A stretch of 52,976 nucleotides of DNA from Planctomycetota bacterium (GTDB lineage: Bacteria; Planctomycetota; Planctomycetia; Pirellulales; Pirellulaceae). Positions 17,633 through 27,620 of the stretch are shown piece by piece. Every line of letters starts with the position of its first letter. Within the stretch, counting starts at the first letter, position 1. Below the pieces are notes generated by a model, which did not search any database, was not told the origin of the DNA, and saw only the letters and a list, made by a program, of their open reading frames with translations. The stretch is from assembly GCA_036338455.1 (NCBI GenBank), contig JAYZCF010000155.1, positions 1 to 52,976 of the forward strand, given 5' to 3'. The position numbers were made by a program, and so were the translations under genes.

Positions 17633-20407
17633 ATGAACGTCTACAGCCGTGCTTATATAGATAGCCTCTATGAGGACTATCAACAGGATCCCTCCTCACT
17701 TCCACCGGAATGGCGAGAGTACTTCAAGAACTTTGACCCGACCGAGGAGAACAACACGGGTGAAATCCCTGTCGTATCCCCTCGCGCTGTAGGCCAACAA
17801 TCGGAACAACGCCAGGTTGCTCAACTGCAAGACCGGGTTGACCAATTAATTCGTGGCTTCCGTGTGCGAGGCCACCTCGAAGCCAAAGTGGACCCGCTGG
17901 GACGGCCAAGAGAAACCAATCGAGAGTTGAACCCGGCTTCCTACGGTCTACTGAAGAGTGACTTCCAACAAAAGTTTTCAGCGAGAACAATTTTTGGAGA
18001 AAACTTCCGCACACTCGAGGAGATTGTCGATCAACTGCGGCAGACTTACTGCCGATCGATTGGCGTGCAATTTATGCACATCGACGACCACGGTGTTCGC
18101 AGTTGGCTACAGTCGCGAATGGAGTCCTCCCGCAATCGGATGGATCTGTCTCGCGAAACCCAGGTCCGAATTCTGACCCGGCTTACAGACGCGGTAATTT
18201 TTGAAGAATTTGTCAGAAAAAAATTCGTTGGCGCCAAGACATTTTCACTGGAAGGAGCCGAGACCCTCATCCCCCTACTGGACCTGACCTTGGAGCATGT
18301 GGCGGAACACGGGGTTACCGATGTCGTGATCGGCATGGCCCACCGAGGTCGCCTGAACGTCTTGGCAAACATCTTAAATAAACGCGCTCAAAATATTTTT
18401 TGGAGTTTCGACGACCCGGACCCAGAATTGAGCCGCGGACGAGGAGATGTCCTTTACCACTTAGGCTATAGCAGTGACTGGAAAACGGCGAACGATAAGG
18501 AGGTCCATCTGTCACTCTGCTTCAACCCAAGTCACCTCGAATATGTCGACCCGGTCGCCGTTGGAAGATGTCGAGCCAAACAGGATCGCGCCCAAGATAT
18601 TAATCGGGAAAAGGGACTGACTATCCTGATCCACGGCGACGCTGCGTTTGCCGGCGAAGGAATCGTCCAGGAGACATTGAATCTTAGCCAATTGAACGCT
18701 TACTCCACGGGCGGCACACTTCACGTCATCGTCAACAATCAACTCGGCTTTACAACCGAGCCCGAATTGGGACGGTCAACGACTTATGCCAGCGACGTCG
18801 CCAAGATGTTGCAGATTCCCATTTTCCACGTCAACGGGGAAGATCCAGAAGCCGTGGCACAAGTCGTCAGTCTAGCGATGGAATTTCGCAATGAATTTCA
18901 CCGGGACGTCGTGATTGATATGTACTGCTATCGCCGCCTCGGACATAACGAGTCAGACGAGCCTCGATTCACGCAACCCGGCATGTACAAGGTCATCGAC
19001 AATCGCCCCACCATCCGGGATTCCTACCTGGAGCGAATGCTAAGGATGGACAAGATCTCGCAAAACGAGGCCGACAGTATTGCCGAAGTTCGTCGCCGCG
19101 AATTACAGGAAGAATTCGACTCGGCAAGGGCCCGTGAATTCACGTCCGACGCACAGGTTGGCGGCGGATACTGGAAAGGGTTTTACGGCGGCTTGGAACG
19201 GGATGACGATAACGTCGATACCGGCGTTCCCATGGGCAAACTGACCTATGTCATCAAACAGTTGTCAGAACTGCCACCCGACTTCAACATCAACCGGAAA
19301 TTGGAGCGAATCCTAAAGACCCGAAAGGAAATGGCCGAAGGAAAACGCCCGGTTGACTGGGCAACCGCCGAATTGGCCGCTTTTGGATCATTGGCAGTGG
19401 AGGGCCACAGGGTACGCATGTCGGGGCAGGATTCCGGTCGAGGAACGTTCAGCCAGCGGCATGCTGTACTGGCTGATCACATGACGGGCAGAACCTACAC
19501 ACCGCTGCAACACATCAGCGACGACCAGGCACCCGTGGAAATCTTCAACAGCCCCTTGAGTGAGGGAAGTGTCCTCGGCTTTGAATACGGCTACAGCCTG
19601 GACGCGCCAGAGAGCCTCGTCTGCTGGGAGGCTCAGTTCGGTGATTTCTGGAATTGCGCACAAGTCATCGTCGATCAGTTCATCACCAGTGCCGAAGACA
19701 AATGGGCACGACTCAGCGGTCTGACGATGCTCTTACCCCATGGATTTGAAGGAGCTGGGCCTGAACACTGCAGCGCTCGGGTCGAACGGTTCCTCACCTT
19801 GGCGGCCGAACACAACATCCAGATCGTGAACCCCACGTCCGCCGCCCAGCACTTTCACCTTCTGAGACGACAGGTAAAACGCCCCTGGCGGAAACCGCTG
19901 ATTATCCTGACTCCCAAGAGTCTTTTACGCGAGCCGTTTGTCATGTCCAAACTGGACGAATTCTACTCTGGCACCTTTCAGCGCGTCATTGGCGATTCAG
20001 ACGTAGGTGAGCAAGACGCGCCACAGAGAATCATTCTGGCCAGCGGTAAAATCGGTGTCGAACTCCTTAAAGAACGGGCCAAGGCCGAGCGAACCGACGT
20101 TGCGATTATCCGGCTCGAACAACTTTACCCTCTTCCTTATCAGCAGATTCAGGAAATCTTGGAAAGCTACCCCGAAGGAACTCCGACTTATTGGGTTCAG
20201 GAAGAACCGAGCAATATGGGTGCGTGGTATTTCATGAAAGTAAAGTGGGATGAATTTGGACTTTCCAAAAACTGGCCCTTGCAGATCATCAGTCGCCCCG
20301 AATCGGCAAGCCCCTCAACCGGTTCGAAAAAAACCCATATAATTGAACAGGAAGAACTCATGAGGGAAGCATTGGGATCCCCCTTGGTCAGAATCGCCAA
20401 AGCGTGA
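17633..20407 (+). CDS. sucA: 2-oxoglutarate dehydrogenase E1
   Basis: Motifs FSLEGAE, GMAHRGRLN, NPSHLE, HGDAAFAGEG (TPP), GHNESDEP, WEAQFGDF and GPEHCSAR. Confidence 0.96.
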   Translation: MNVYSRAYIDSLYEDYQQDPSSLPPEWREYFKNFDPTEENNTGEIPVVSPRAVGQQSEQRQVAQLQDRVDQLIRGFRVRGHLEAKVDPLGRPRETNRELNPASYGLLKSDFQQKFSARTIFGENFRTLEEIVDQLRQTYCRSIGVQFMHIDDHGVRSWLQSRMESSRNRMDLSRETQVRILTRLTDAVIFEEFVRKKFVGAKTFSLEGAETLIPLLDLTLEHVAEHGVTDVVIGMAHRGRLNVLANILNKRAQNIFWSFDDPDPELSRGRGDVLYHLGYSSDWKTANDKEVHLSLCFNPSHLEYVDPVAVGRCRAKQDRAQDINREKGLTILIHGDAAFAGEGIVQETLNLSQLNAYSTGGTLHVIVNNQLGFTTEPELGRSTTYASDVAKMLQIPIFHVNGEDPEAVAQVVSLAMEFRNEFHRDVVIDMYCYRRLGHNESDEPRFTQPGMYKVIDNRPTIRDSYLERMLRMDKISQNEADSIAEVRRRELQEEFDSARAREFTSDAQVGGGYWKGFYGGLERDDDNVDTGVPMGKLTYVIKQLSELPPDFNINRKLERILKTRKEMAEGKRPVDWATAELAAFGSLAVEGHRVRMSGQDSGRGTFSQRHAVLADHMTGRTYTPLQHISDDQAPVEIFNSPLSEGSVLGFEYGYSLDAPESLVCWEAQFGDFWNCAQVIVDQFITSAEDKWARLSGLTMLLPHGFEGAGPEHCSARVERFLTLAAEHNIQIVNPTSAAQHFHLLRRQVKRPWRKPLIILTPKSLLREPFVMSKLDEFYSGTFQRVIGDSDVGEQDAPQRIILASGKIGVELLKERAKAERTDVAIIRLEQLYPLPYQQIQEILESYPEGTPTYWVQEEPSNMGAWYFMKVKWDEFGLSKNWPLQIISRPESASPSTGSKKTHIIEQEELMREALGSPLVRIAKA

Positions 20408-20536
20408 GCGTTCCACCGGCGAAAAACGACGAGAACCGGGCTTCTCGCCGTCGGCCATCGGGCAAATTAGAATGGAACTTCTGTCATGAACCCACAGCTG
20501 GAAACAAGCATCCAGATATCCAGAACGGAAACGAAC

Positions 20537-21784
20537 ATGTTCGAAATCAAAGTACCTGCCTTTGGCGAATCCATCCAGGAAGTCCAAGTTGCCACTTGGT
20601 TGAAAAAAGTAGGCGACTGGGTCGATCGAGATGAAGACCTTGTCGAACTGGAGTCCGAGAAAGCTTCGCAGGCGCTGGCGTCTCCCGAAGCCGGCATTCT
20701 TCAGGAGATCAGAGTGGACGATGGTGAATTCGCCAATGTCGGTGATATCCTCTGTACCGTCCAAGCCGGGGAAAAGCCGGCGGCGACGGAAACGCCAACA
20801 GATGAAGCAAGCAAAACCTCGGACCGAGAATCTGACACTCGAATCATGCCGGCCGCCGAACGGGTCTTGAATGAATACAAGATCTCCGCCGATGCCATCA
20901 AGCCGACCGGACCTGGGGGGCGTTTGCTAAAAGAAGATGTTATGCAGTACATCGAATCGAATGGCCTGAAACCGGGTGCCGCCACCCCTGCACCTGCACC
21001 TGCACCTGCACCTGCACCTCTAGAAGAGACCTCGAGCCACGCCGTTGAAGAATTTGAAGAAGAAATGAACGCCCTTCACGGTGTACGAGATGAAACCATC
21101 AAACCGATGAGCATGATCCGTCGCACCATTGCGGCCCGTCTGGTCGAAGCTCAACAAACGGCTGCCCTGCTAACAACCTTCAACGAAATCGACATGCAAC
21201 CCGTGATGGAGTTGCGAAAGAAATACAAGGAACCCTTCCTGGCCAAGCATGGAGTCAAACTTGGCTTCATGTCGTTCTTTACCAAGGCGGCCGTGGAAGG
21301 ACTCAAGCGATTCCCAGCCGTCAATTCAGAAATTCGCGGAACGGATGTCGTATCCCGCAATTACTACGATGTCGGGATCGCCATCGGGGGCGGAAAAGGA
21401 CTGGTTGTTCCCGTCATCCGAAGTGTTGAACGTCGCAGCTTTGCCGATATCGAACGACAGATTGGGCAATATGCCGAACTGGCCCAGCAGAACCGGATCG
21501 GCCCTGATGACCTGACCGGGGGGACCTTTACAATCAGCAATGGAGGGGTCTACGGTTCCCTTCTGTCCACCCCCATCGTCAACCCTCCACAGAGCGGCAT
21601 TCTCGGATTGCACGCCATCCAGGAACGGCCGATCGCGGTCAATGGCGAGGTTGTGATACGTCCGATGATGTACATCGCATTAACTTATGACCACCGCTTG
21701 ATTGACGGGCGAGAAGCCGTTGGATTCCTGAAAACCATCAAAGAAGTTCTGGAAGAGCCGGCTCGGTTGTTTCTGGAAGTCTAG
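20537..21784 (+). CDS. sucB: Dihydrolipoamide succinyltransferase E2
   Basis: One lipoyl domain (ELESEKAS), an E3-binding segment ([12 protein letters not shown]), a PA linker, [10 protein letters not shown] and DHRLIDG. The ATG at 20537 is preferred over 20486. Confidence 0.94.
   Translation: MFEIKVPAFGESIQEVQVATWLKKVGDWVDRDEDLVELESEKASQALASPEAGILQEIRVDDGEFANVGDILCTVQAGEKPAATETPTDEASKTSDRESDTRIMPAAERVLNEYKISADAIKPTGPGGRLLKEDVMQYIESNGLKPGAATPAPAPAPAPAPLEETSSHAVEEFEEEMNALHGVRDETIKPMSMIRRTIAARLVEAQQTAALLTTFNEIDMQPVMELRKKYKEPFLAKHGVKLGFMSFFTKAAVEGLKRFPAVNSEIRGTDVVSRNYYDVGIAIGGGKGLVVPVIRSVERRSFADIERQIGQYAELAQQNRIGPDDLTGGTFTISNGGVYGSLLSTPIVNPPQSGILGLHAIQERPIAVNGEVVIRPMMYIALTYDHRLIDGREAVGFLKTIKEVLEEPARLFLEV
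20987..21019 (+). repeat. In-frame hexamer microsatellite (CCTGCA)x5.5 encoding the Pro-Ala linker of SucB
   Basis: Perfect repeat units from 20987 to 21016, plus a trailing CCT. Confidence 0.9.
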
Positions 21785-21863
21785 CCCCTAACTAGAATGG
21801 AAATGAACGGCAAGCCGATTGGCAGAACGCCGGCTTCCCTGTTTTTATTCACCAGGTAGATAG

Positions 21864-23249
21864 ATGCCCAATCATTTTGACCTCGTAGTTGTCGGAGGCG
21901 GCCCGGGAGGATACGTCGCGGCCATTCGCGGAGCTCAACTCGGACTCAAAACGGCCGTGATCGACGAGAATGCAGAGAAGGGCGGAACCTGCTTACGAGT
22001 CGGTTGCATTCCCAGTAAAGCGCTGTTGGAATCGAGTCACCTGTTTGTAGAAGCCCGCGACGGCATGGCTGAGCATGGAATCACGACCAGCCTCTTGGAA
22101 CTCGACATTGCCGCCATGATGCAACGCAAGACAAAGGTCGTCGAGACTCTAACTGGGGGCATCAAAATGCTCCTGAAAAAAAACGGGGTGCAATCGTTTA
22201 CCGGCCGAGGACAGCTGCAAGGCGAAATGACGATTCAAATTAGCGGCACGGACGAAGAAACCATCCAGGCGGATAAAATTTTATTGGCAACCGGCAGTCT
22301 ACCCATGATGTTGCCCGGTGTTGAATTCGATGGCCATTTCGTAGGAGACAGTACGACCGCATTGTCCTACGAAAAGGTGCCCAAAAAACTGGTCGTGATC
22401 GGTGGCGGCTACATCGGGTTGGAGCTGGGTTCAGTATGGGCCCGGCTCGGCGCTGAGGTTATCGTCCTGGAAGCGATGGAGCATGTGCTGGGAGGATTGG
22501 ACGGGGAAATCGCGCGACTGGCTAAACGGACATTTGAAAAACAGGGAATCGAGTTCCACACGGGGATGTTCGTCGAACAGGTAAGTCATGATGGCTCCGA
22601 ATGTACGGTCCGTTGTCGCGATGCCGAACCGATCCATTGCGACCGGGTGCTGATGGCCACCGGCAGGATCCCCAACACGAAAGGGCTTGGGCTGGAATCG
22701 GCCAACATTACCACAGACCCGCGCGGGTTCATTGAAGTCGATGAAGACTTCCAAACTTCAGCCGCCGGGGTATTCGCCGTGGGAGATTGCATCGGGGGAG
22801 CAATGTTGGCTCACAAAGCTTCGGAAGAGGGGATTGCCTGTGTTGAGAAAATCGTCACGGGCTATGGGCATGTTGATTACAACGCAATTCCAGCCATTGT
22901 CTACACGGACCCCGAAATCGCATCGGTGGGAAAAACTGAGGAACAGCTGAAAGAGGAAGGGCAGAGCTACAATAAAGGAGTTTGCCCATTCGGTGCAAAT
23001 GGAAGGGCCCGTGCCTTAGGGGCAGCCGAGGGAAAAATCAAAATCCTGGCCGATCGAGATACCGACCGCATCCTGGGCGTTCATGCGATTGGAGCTCGGG
23101 CAGGTGATTTGATCGCCGAAGCAGCAGTGGCCATGTCTTTCGGAGCCTCCAGCGAAGATCTGGCCCGTTGCTGTCATGCCCATCCGACGCTATCGGAAAT
23201 CATGCAAGAAGCGGCGATGGCAGTCGATGGGCGAGCGATCCACACTTAA
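21864..23249 (+). CDS. lpdA: Dihydrolipoyl dehydrogenase E3
   Basis: Motifs GGGPGGY, GGTCLRVGCIPSK, GGGYIGLE and HAHPTLSE. Confidence 0.96.
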   Translation: MPNHFDLVVVGGGPGGYVAAIRGAQLGLKTAVIDENAEKGGTCLRVGCIPSKALLESSHLFVEARDGMAEHGITTSLLELDIAAMMQRKTKVVETLTGGIKMLLKKNGVQSFTGRGQLQGEMTIQISGTDEETIQADKILLATGSLPMMLPGVEFDGHFVGDSTTALSYEKVPKKLVVIGGGYIGLELGSVWARLGAEVIVLEAMEHVLGGLDGEIARLAKRTFEKQGIEFHTGMFVEQVSHDGSECTVRCRDAEPIHCDRVLMATGRIPNTKGLGLESANITTDPRGFIEVDEDFQTSAAGVFAVGDCIGGAMLAHKASEEGIACVEKIVTGYGHVDYNAIPAIVYTDPEIASVGKTEEQLKEEGQSYNKGVCPFGANGRARALGAAEGKIKILADRDTDRILGVHAIGARAGDLIAEAAVAMSFGASSEDLARCCHAHPTLSEIMQEAAMAVDGRAIHT

Positions 23250-23467
23250 GGTGGCTGCGGGCCAGGCGTACCTGACGAGCTGCAACGCCTCTTGCCTTCC
23301 GTCATTTCTTCTCAAAGCAAATGCTAGCAATTCAGTCGCAACCATACTTGGTAGCAGCAGTAAAAACGCCTAGACGGTCAGCGCGATAGCCTCTAATTTG
23401 CGTCGCGCATTCAACCGTTAAACCGCCTCAGGCGATACCCCTTCCTGCTCGTACGGATAGTTGGTTC

Positions 23468-24271
23468 ATGTCAAAACCTATCGGATACAAATTCGCGTAC
23501 TCCCTGCTATTGGCATTGGCCACCACTCCATTATTACTCAGCCAGGAATTTCGGATTGACACTGAACTCTACCTGGATGCTTCCAGTAAATCGAGCTCGC
23601 GAAACGTGACTGTATTTTCCGATTCCGTGGTCTACGACTTTGTCATGTCCACCTCGCCGATGCCGGAACCGGTCCAGATAACCATTTTCCATCGAACAGA
23701 AAAGAAATTCGTCCTGCTCGATATGCAACGCAAAGTCCGGTGTGAGCTCGAGCGGCCTCAATTGATTAAGTTACTGGAAGAGATGCGAAAAGAGGCAATG
23801 CAAAATGAGACCGTTCGCTTCATGGCCGATATCCAGTTCGCAGAAGACTATGACATCACCTCTGGAGTCGTCGAGGCCAAATCGGATCTGATTCGATATC
23901 AACTCACGGGCAACCACCCTAGCGATTCAACGATTTTACCTGCCTATCACGATTTCCTGGACCATTACACGATGCTTGGCGCAACCGACCCGCAAAGGTT
24001 TCCGCCGTTTGCCAGGATGAAATTCAACCAGATCATCAAAAAGTACGGCTGGATCCCCCGCACGGTTAGTTTTAGCGTTGGGGCCAATGACGTTTTCCAG
24101 CGCCCAATGAAAGCCAAAACAGAGCACACTCTGAACATGAACCTGTCCGACAGAGACCGCGAAAGGATCGAATTGGCCAAACGATGCTGGATGAACTACC
24201 CGCAGGTCAACCTATCGGACTTCCGCGGCCTGCCAGACCTTGCCCAAGACGAAACGACCAACATCAAATAA
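23468..24271 (+). CDS. Secreted/periplasmic hypothetical protein
   Basis: A Sec-type signal peptide (…ALATTPLLLS|QEF) on a 267-aa ORF that fills the gap. Confidence 0.75.
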   Translation: MSKPIGYKFAYSLLLALATTPLLLSQEFRIDTELYLDASSKSSSRNVTVFSDSVVYDFVMSTSPMPEPVQITIFHRTEKKFVLLDMQRKVRCELERPQLIKLLEEMRKEAMQNETVRFMADIQFAEDYDITSGVVEAKSDLIRYQLTGNHPSDSTILPAYHDFLDHYTMLGATDPQRFPPFARMKFNQIIKKYGWIPRTVSFSVGANDVFQRPMKAKTEHTLNMNLSDRDRERIELAKRCWMNYPQVNLSDFRGLPDLAQDETTNIK

Positions 24272-24324
24272 CTTGAAAACCGAAGCTACTGCCCTCTGAA
24301 AAGGCTACTTTTCGGTCTTTAAGT
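24271..24324. terminator. Long imperfect hairpin immediately after the stop codon
   Basis: ACTTGAAAACCGAA (24271-24284) pairs with TTCGGTCTTTAAGT (24311-24324), with one G-U pair and one mismatch. Confidence 0.35.
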
Positions 24325-24657
24325 GGAATGCCATACAAAAAAGAAATTTTGCGTTCGCCATGAAATTACGCTACGCTGCCCAATAACGATTAACTTTTTG
24401 CATTTCCTGTTTCCTTGCGAAACTTTTTGCCATCATCTTGATTTAATAACCGGCGAGTCTCGCCAACCCTTCCTCACACCCTCCGATTCAACGAACCCAG
24501 CAGGCTCAGGACGGTATTTGATCATCGTCCAAAGTCCTGTTTTTCTTGATAGACCTTACAACGTGCAGACGTAATTACTTTTTCCGATGCCATTGCGATG
24601 GCAGTGAAATCGATGACGGACTTCAATCTTCTTCATCGAGTATAGCGAAGGTGCATT

Positions 24658-25296
24658 ATGTTCGAGATCAAGCATAAGTTGACTGGCAAAGTATTACACT
24701 CCGTAGAGTCAGACACTTTAAGAGGCGTCCATCTGAAATGCGTGGATCTCCGCGGTGCTGACCTGCGGAACCAGGACCTCAGCGGCAGTTATTTCAGTGG
24801 CTGCAGTTTAACAGAAGCCGACCTTCAAACGGCCAATCTCTCAAACACCAAGATGCTTAATTGCGTTGGGCAACGCACGAATTTCACCAACGCAAATATG
24901 TCGCACGCCGATCTGAGCGATAGTGTACTGGATGTGTCAGTTCTGATTCAGGTCAATGCGAAGGGCTGCAAGTTCCGACACGCAAAAATCAACGGCGCGG
25001 ACTTCTCGGGTGGTAACTTTGATGGGGCAGATTTTTTCTTTGCAGAAGTCCGTAGTAATTTCACCAGTGCCAGTCTCGTCGGGGCCAACCTGTTTGGCGC
25101 GGACATGGCCAACGCTGACTTCCACCGCGCCGATCTGAGAAATTCGATCATGACCGACGGCAAAATCTTGGGGGCCAAGTTTGAGTATGCCAAGATGCAA
25201 GGATCGATCGGCACCAACGGTCACCCTTGGGGGTTCAGCTCCAAAGGCGCTGCCAAAAAACAGTGGTGGAAAATCTGGTCGAGCGCGGCGAGTTGA
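24658..25296 (+). CDS. Pentapeptide-repeat protein
   Basis: Many A(D/N)LXX-type units (VDLRG ADLRN, ADLQT ANLSN, ASLVG ANLFG ADMAN ADFHR ADLRN) and a KKQWWKIW tail. RBS-like GAAGGTG upstream. Confidence 0.92.
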   Translation: MFEIKHKLTGKVLHSVESDTLRGVHLKCVDLRGADLRNQDLSGSYFSGCSLTEADLQTANLSNTKMLNCVGQRTNFTNANMSHADLSDSVLDVSVLIQVNAKGCKFRHAKINGADFSGGNFDGADFFFAEVRSNFTSASLVGANLFGADMANADFHRADLRNSIMTDGKILGAKFEYAKMQGSIGTNGHPWGFSSKGAAKKQWWKIWSSAAS

Positions 25297-25861
25297 GTGC
25301 AGCGAGAGTGGCAACCGTTTCTCTTGTGCAAGGCAATCATCCAACCGTTTTACCAATCGCCTGGCAGATAAATACCTTCCATGGCGCGGGCAATTTTGCG
25401 ACAGAAGGTCAAGTCCTCCGCACACGACGTCTGGCGCTCGCAAAACGCCCGTCCGCCACGGGCGGAAAAAATGCCTGAAGCAGCCCGGAAAGTCCTCAGA
25501 ATCCCGCCTTTTCTTCTAATTTCAAACCACTTGTCGGGCATTGTCACGTTTCGCGCGAAACAGGCATACAAATTTGCTGCAAGACGGGTAAACTCTATGA
25601 AAATCGGCACACCAGATCCAGTTTGTGAGTTCGAGACCCGCTCACGGGTCCATCGTTTGGCCCAGTGCCATGCTCCCGCAACTGAGACAGCACAGGAACG
25701 TTTTAGATCGTCAACCCGATCCAAAACCTCTCCTGTTAACCGGGCTGGCCAACTTGGCTGCTTGCCGAATTTGGACAGTCCAAGTTCATCCCTGGTGGCT
25801 AGCCAGAACATAGCGAATCCCACGAAAACAGACTGTATCGCCAGCTTGGCACCGCGCTTTC

Positions 25862-26725
25862 ATGGAACAATTTTCGACAGCCGACAATCCGGAAGCGCTC
25901 CACCAGCAACTGTTGCGATCGTTCACTGATTTTGAACTTTCCTTTCGCCGCAGATTTCCCATCATCTGGCTGGTCACACTGCTCGCTCCGTTCGTTGTCT
26001 CGATAGGCTTGATACTTTTCTTCGGGTTTACTGACAGTTGGAGCTTCTCTCGGAAACTCATCGGCCATGCCTTCATGACGTTTTTCGTGTTTGGTCGATT
26101 GATCATCTTATGTGGCTTGGACTCCAACGCTCAGGACACCTATCAGATCGCCCTCTCACCGGCCGTCTTGTTTGGCCTCGTGACCTACCTCGATTTCATG
26201 GTAGCCCTGTTCGTGACATTTCACATGGGTTTTCTTTTTCGGATCCCGTACGTGGGCCCCAAAGTTGCCATGTTGGTATGGGACGGTAGGTTTCTACTGA
26301 ACGCGCAACCCTGGGTCAAACGGGTCGCATTCTTCGGTTTGGTCGTCTTTGTTATCTTCCCGACTTCGACAACCGGCAGCATCGGTGGTTCCATCTTCGG
26401 ACGACTACTGGGACTTAGCCGCTACATGACGGTGCTGGGTATTCTGATTGGGAGTTTCATTGGCAACGGCATCATGTACCTTTTTGCAAAACAGATCAAC
26501 CAGTACATCACACCCGACAACGTCTGGCTGAAAGTGGTCGGTGTTCTCGCGCTCGTCGGCTTGGTAGCCTTGGTGGAGATTCGTTACCGATTCGTCAAGC
26601 GGAAATATATTGCTGCGGCCGAATCAAGAGTGGAAGAGATGCAGCATGCGGAAAGTCGTGAGTCCACTGTGGAACGATCAACCGAAGACGATCCAGCCGC
26701 GCGGCAAGATCCAGATGAAAGCTAG
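25862..26725 (+). CDS. Membrane protein, small multi-drug export protein-like
   Basis: About 6 TM helices and the motif FVIFPTSTTGSIGGSIFGRLLGL. Confidence 0.72.
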   Translation: MEQFSTADNPEALHQQLLRSFTDFELSFRRRFPIIWLVTLLAPFVVSIGLILFFGFTDSWSFSRKLIGHAFMTFFVFGRLIILCGLDSNAQDTYQIALSPAVLFGLVTYLDFMVALFVTFHMGFLFRIPYVGPKVAMLVWDGRFLLNAQPWVKRVAFFGLVVFVIFPTSTTGSIGGSIFGRLLGLSRYMTVLGILIGSFIGNGIMYLFAKQINQYITPDNVWLKVVGVLALVGLVALVEIRYRFVKRKYIAAAESRVEEMQHAESRESTVERSTEDDPAARQDPDES

Positions 26726-26733
26726 AAGATCGC

Positions 26734-27432
26734 GTGACCACCAGTTGGCAAAAATTGAATCAGCAAATTAGCTCGTGTGGAGCTTGCCAGCGGCTGCGGG
26801 AACACTGCCGACAGATTGCCGCTGTCAAACGTCGGGCTTATATCGACGAGGAATATTGGGGGCGACCGGTACCCAACATGGGCCCCAGCCGCGCCTCTCT
26901 CCTGATCGTCGGTCTCGCGCCCGGTGCTCATGGTGCCAACCGGACAGGGCGAATGTTTACCGGCGATAGGAGCGGCGACTGGCTTTTCCGGGCGTTGCAC
27001 AGATCCGGCTTTTGCAACCAGTCTGAGTCGACGTCGTTGTCGGACGGCTTGCGACTTTCCGATTGCGCCATCACGGCGGTCTGTCATTGTGCTCCACCAG
27101 ACAACAAGCCGACAACCGCAGAAATCTCTCAATGCGAGCCCTTTCTGGACCAGACCATCCGTTTATTGAAGCCCCGTGCTTACTTGGCACTGGGAGGTTT
27201 GGCCTGGAAGGCTATCGCTCGGTACGCAAGCCACCAAGGATGGTCGTCCGGTCCGCTCCCCACCTTCGCCCATGGAGCGATTTTCGAACTCAAAATTCCT
27301 CGCCGTCGCAAGCGTCGCTGGCTGATCGGCTCCTACCATCCAAGCCAGCAAAATACATTCACAGGCCGTTTGACAGAAGAAATGCTGGATGAAATCTTTG
27401 CCAAAACCCGCCAACTGCTCGCGTCAGACTGA
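26734..27432 (+). CDS. Uracil-DNA glycosylase family 5 (UdgB-type, 4Fe-4S)
   Basis: CGAC, GLAPGAHGANRTGRMFTGD, HCAPPDNKP...C and YHPSQQNT. Confidence 0.93.
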   Translation: MTTSWQKLNQQISSCGACQRLREHCRQIAAVKRRAYIDEEYWGRPVPNMGPSRASLLIVGLAPGAHGANRTGRMFTGDRSGDWLFRALHRSGFCNQSESTSLSDGLRLSDCAITAVCHCAPPDNKPTTAEISQCEPFLDQTIRLLKPRAYLALGGLAWKAIARYASHQGWSSGPLPTFAHGAIFELKIPRRRKRRWLIGSYHPSQQNTFTGRLTEEMLDEIFAKTRQLLASD

Positions 27433-27442
27433 CCAACCATTT

Positions 27443-27548
27443 CGCCCATGACTTGATGGGCGGGTCGGCCAGGAAACCGATTTCCTGGCAAACAGCTGAA
27501 CGGATCGTCGAATCACTCCGTTCAGCGCTATGGACCGACGAACGGTCC
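27443..27548. other. Four consecutive perfect stem-loops (candidate structured RNA or terminator element)
   Basis: Stems of 7, 9, 10 and 6 bp at 27443-27462, 27468-27489, 27495-27526 and 27532-27548. Confidence 0.6.
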
Positions 27549-27620
27549 GGTTATGATGGATCGAGTGGGTACCTTCATCCAATTCAAAAGCGATTTCCAG
27601 TTTGCAACGGGTAGAAACCT

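Noticed and set aside
25487-25495. GGAAAGTCC, resembling the RNase P RNA 5' signature
   Set aside because: It lacks the preceding GA, the downstream AGTGCnACAG-type core and the 3' ACAnAAnnCGGCTTA signature.
25675-25686. CCCGCAACTG (cobalamin-riboswitch-like) and CTGAGA (TPP-like) motifs
   Set aside because: There is no upstream GGGAA...GGTGnAAnTCC, no B12 box and no ACCTGAT element, and the downstream genes are unrelated.
25350-25929. ORFs of 157 aa (-) and 182 aa (+) in the long intergenic gap
   Set aside because: They have Arg/Ser/Pro-rich, non-protein-like composition with no recognisable domain, and the + ORF overlaps the next gene out of frame.
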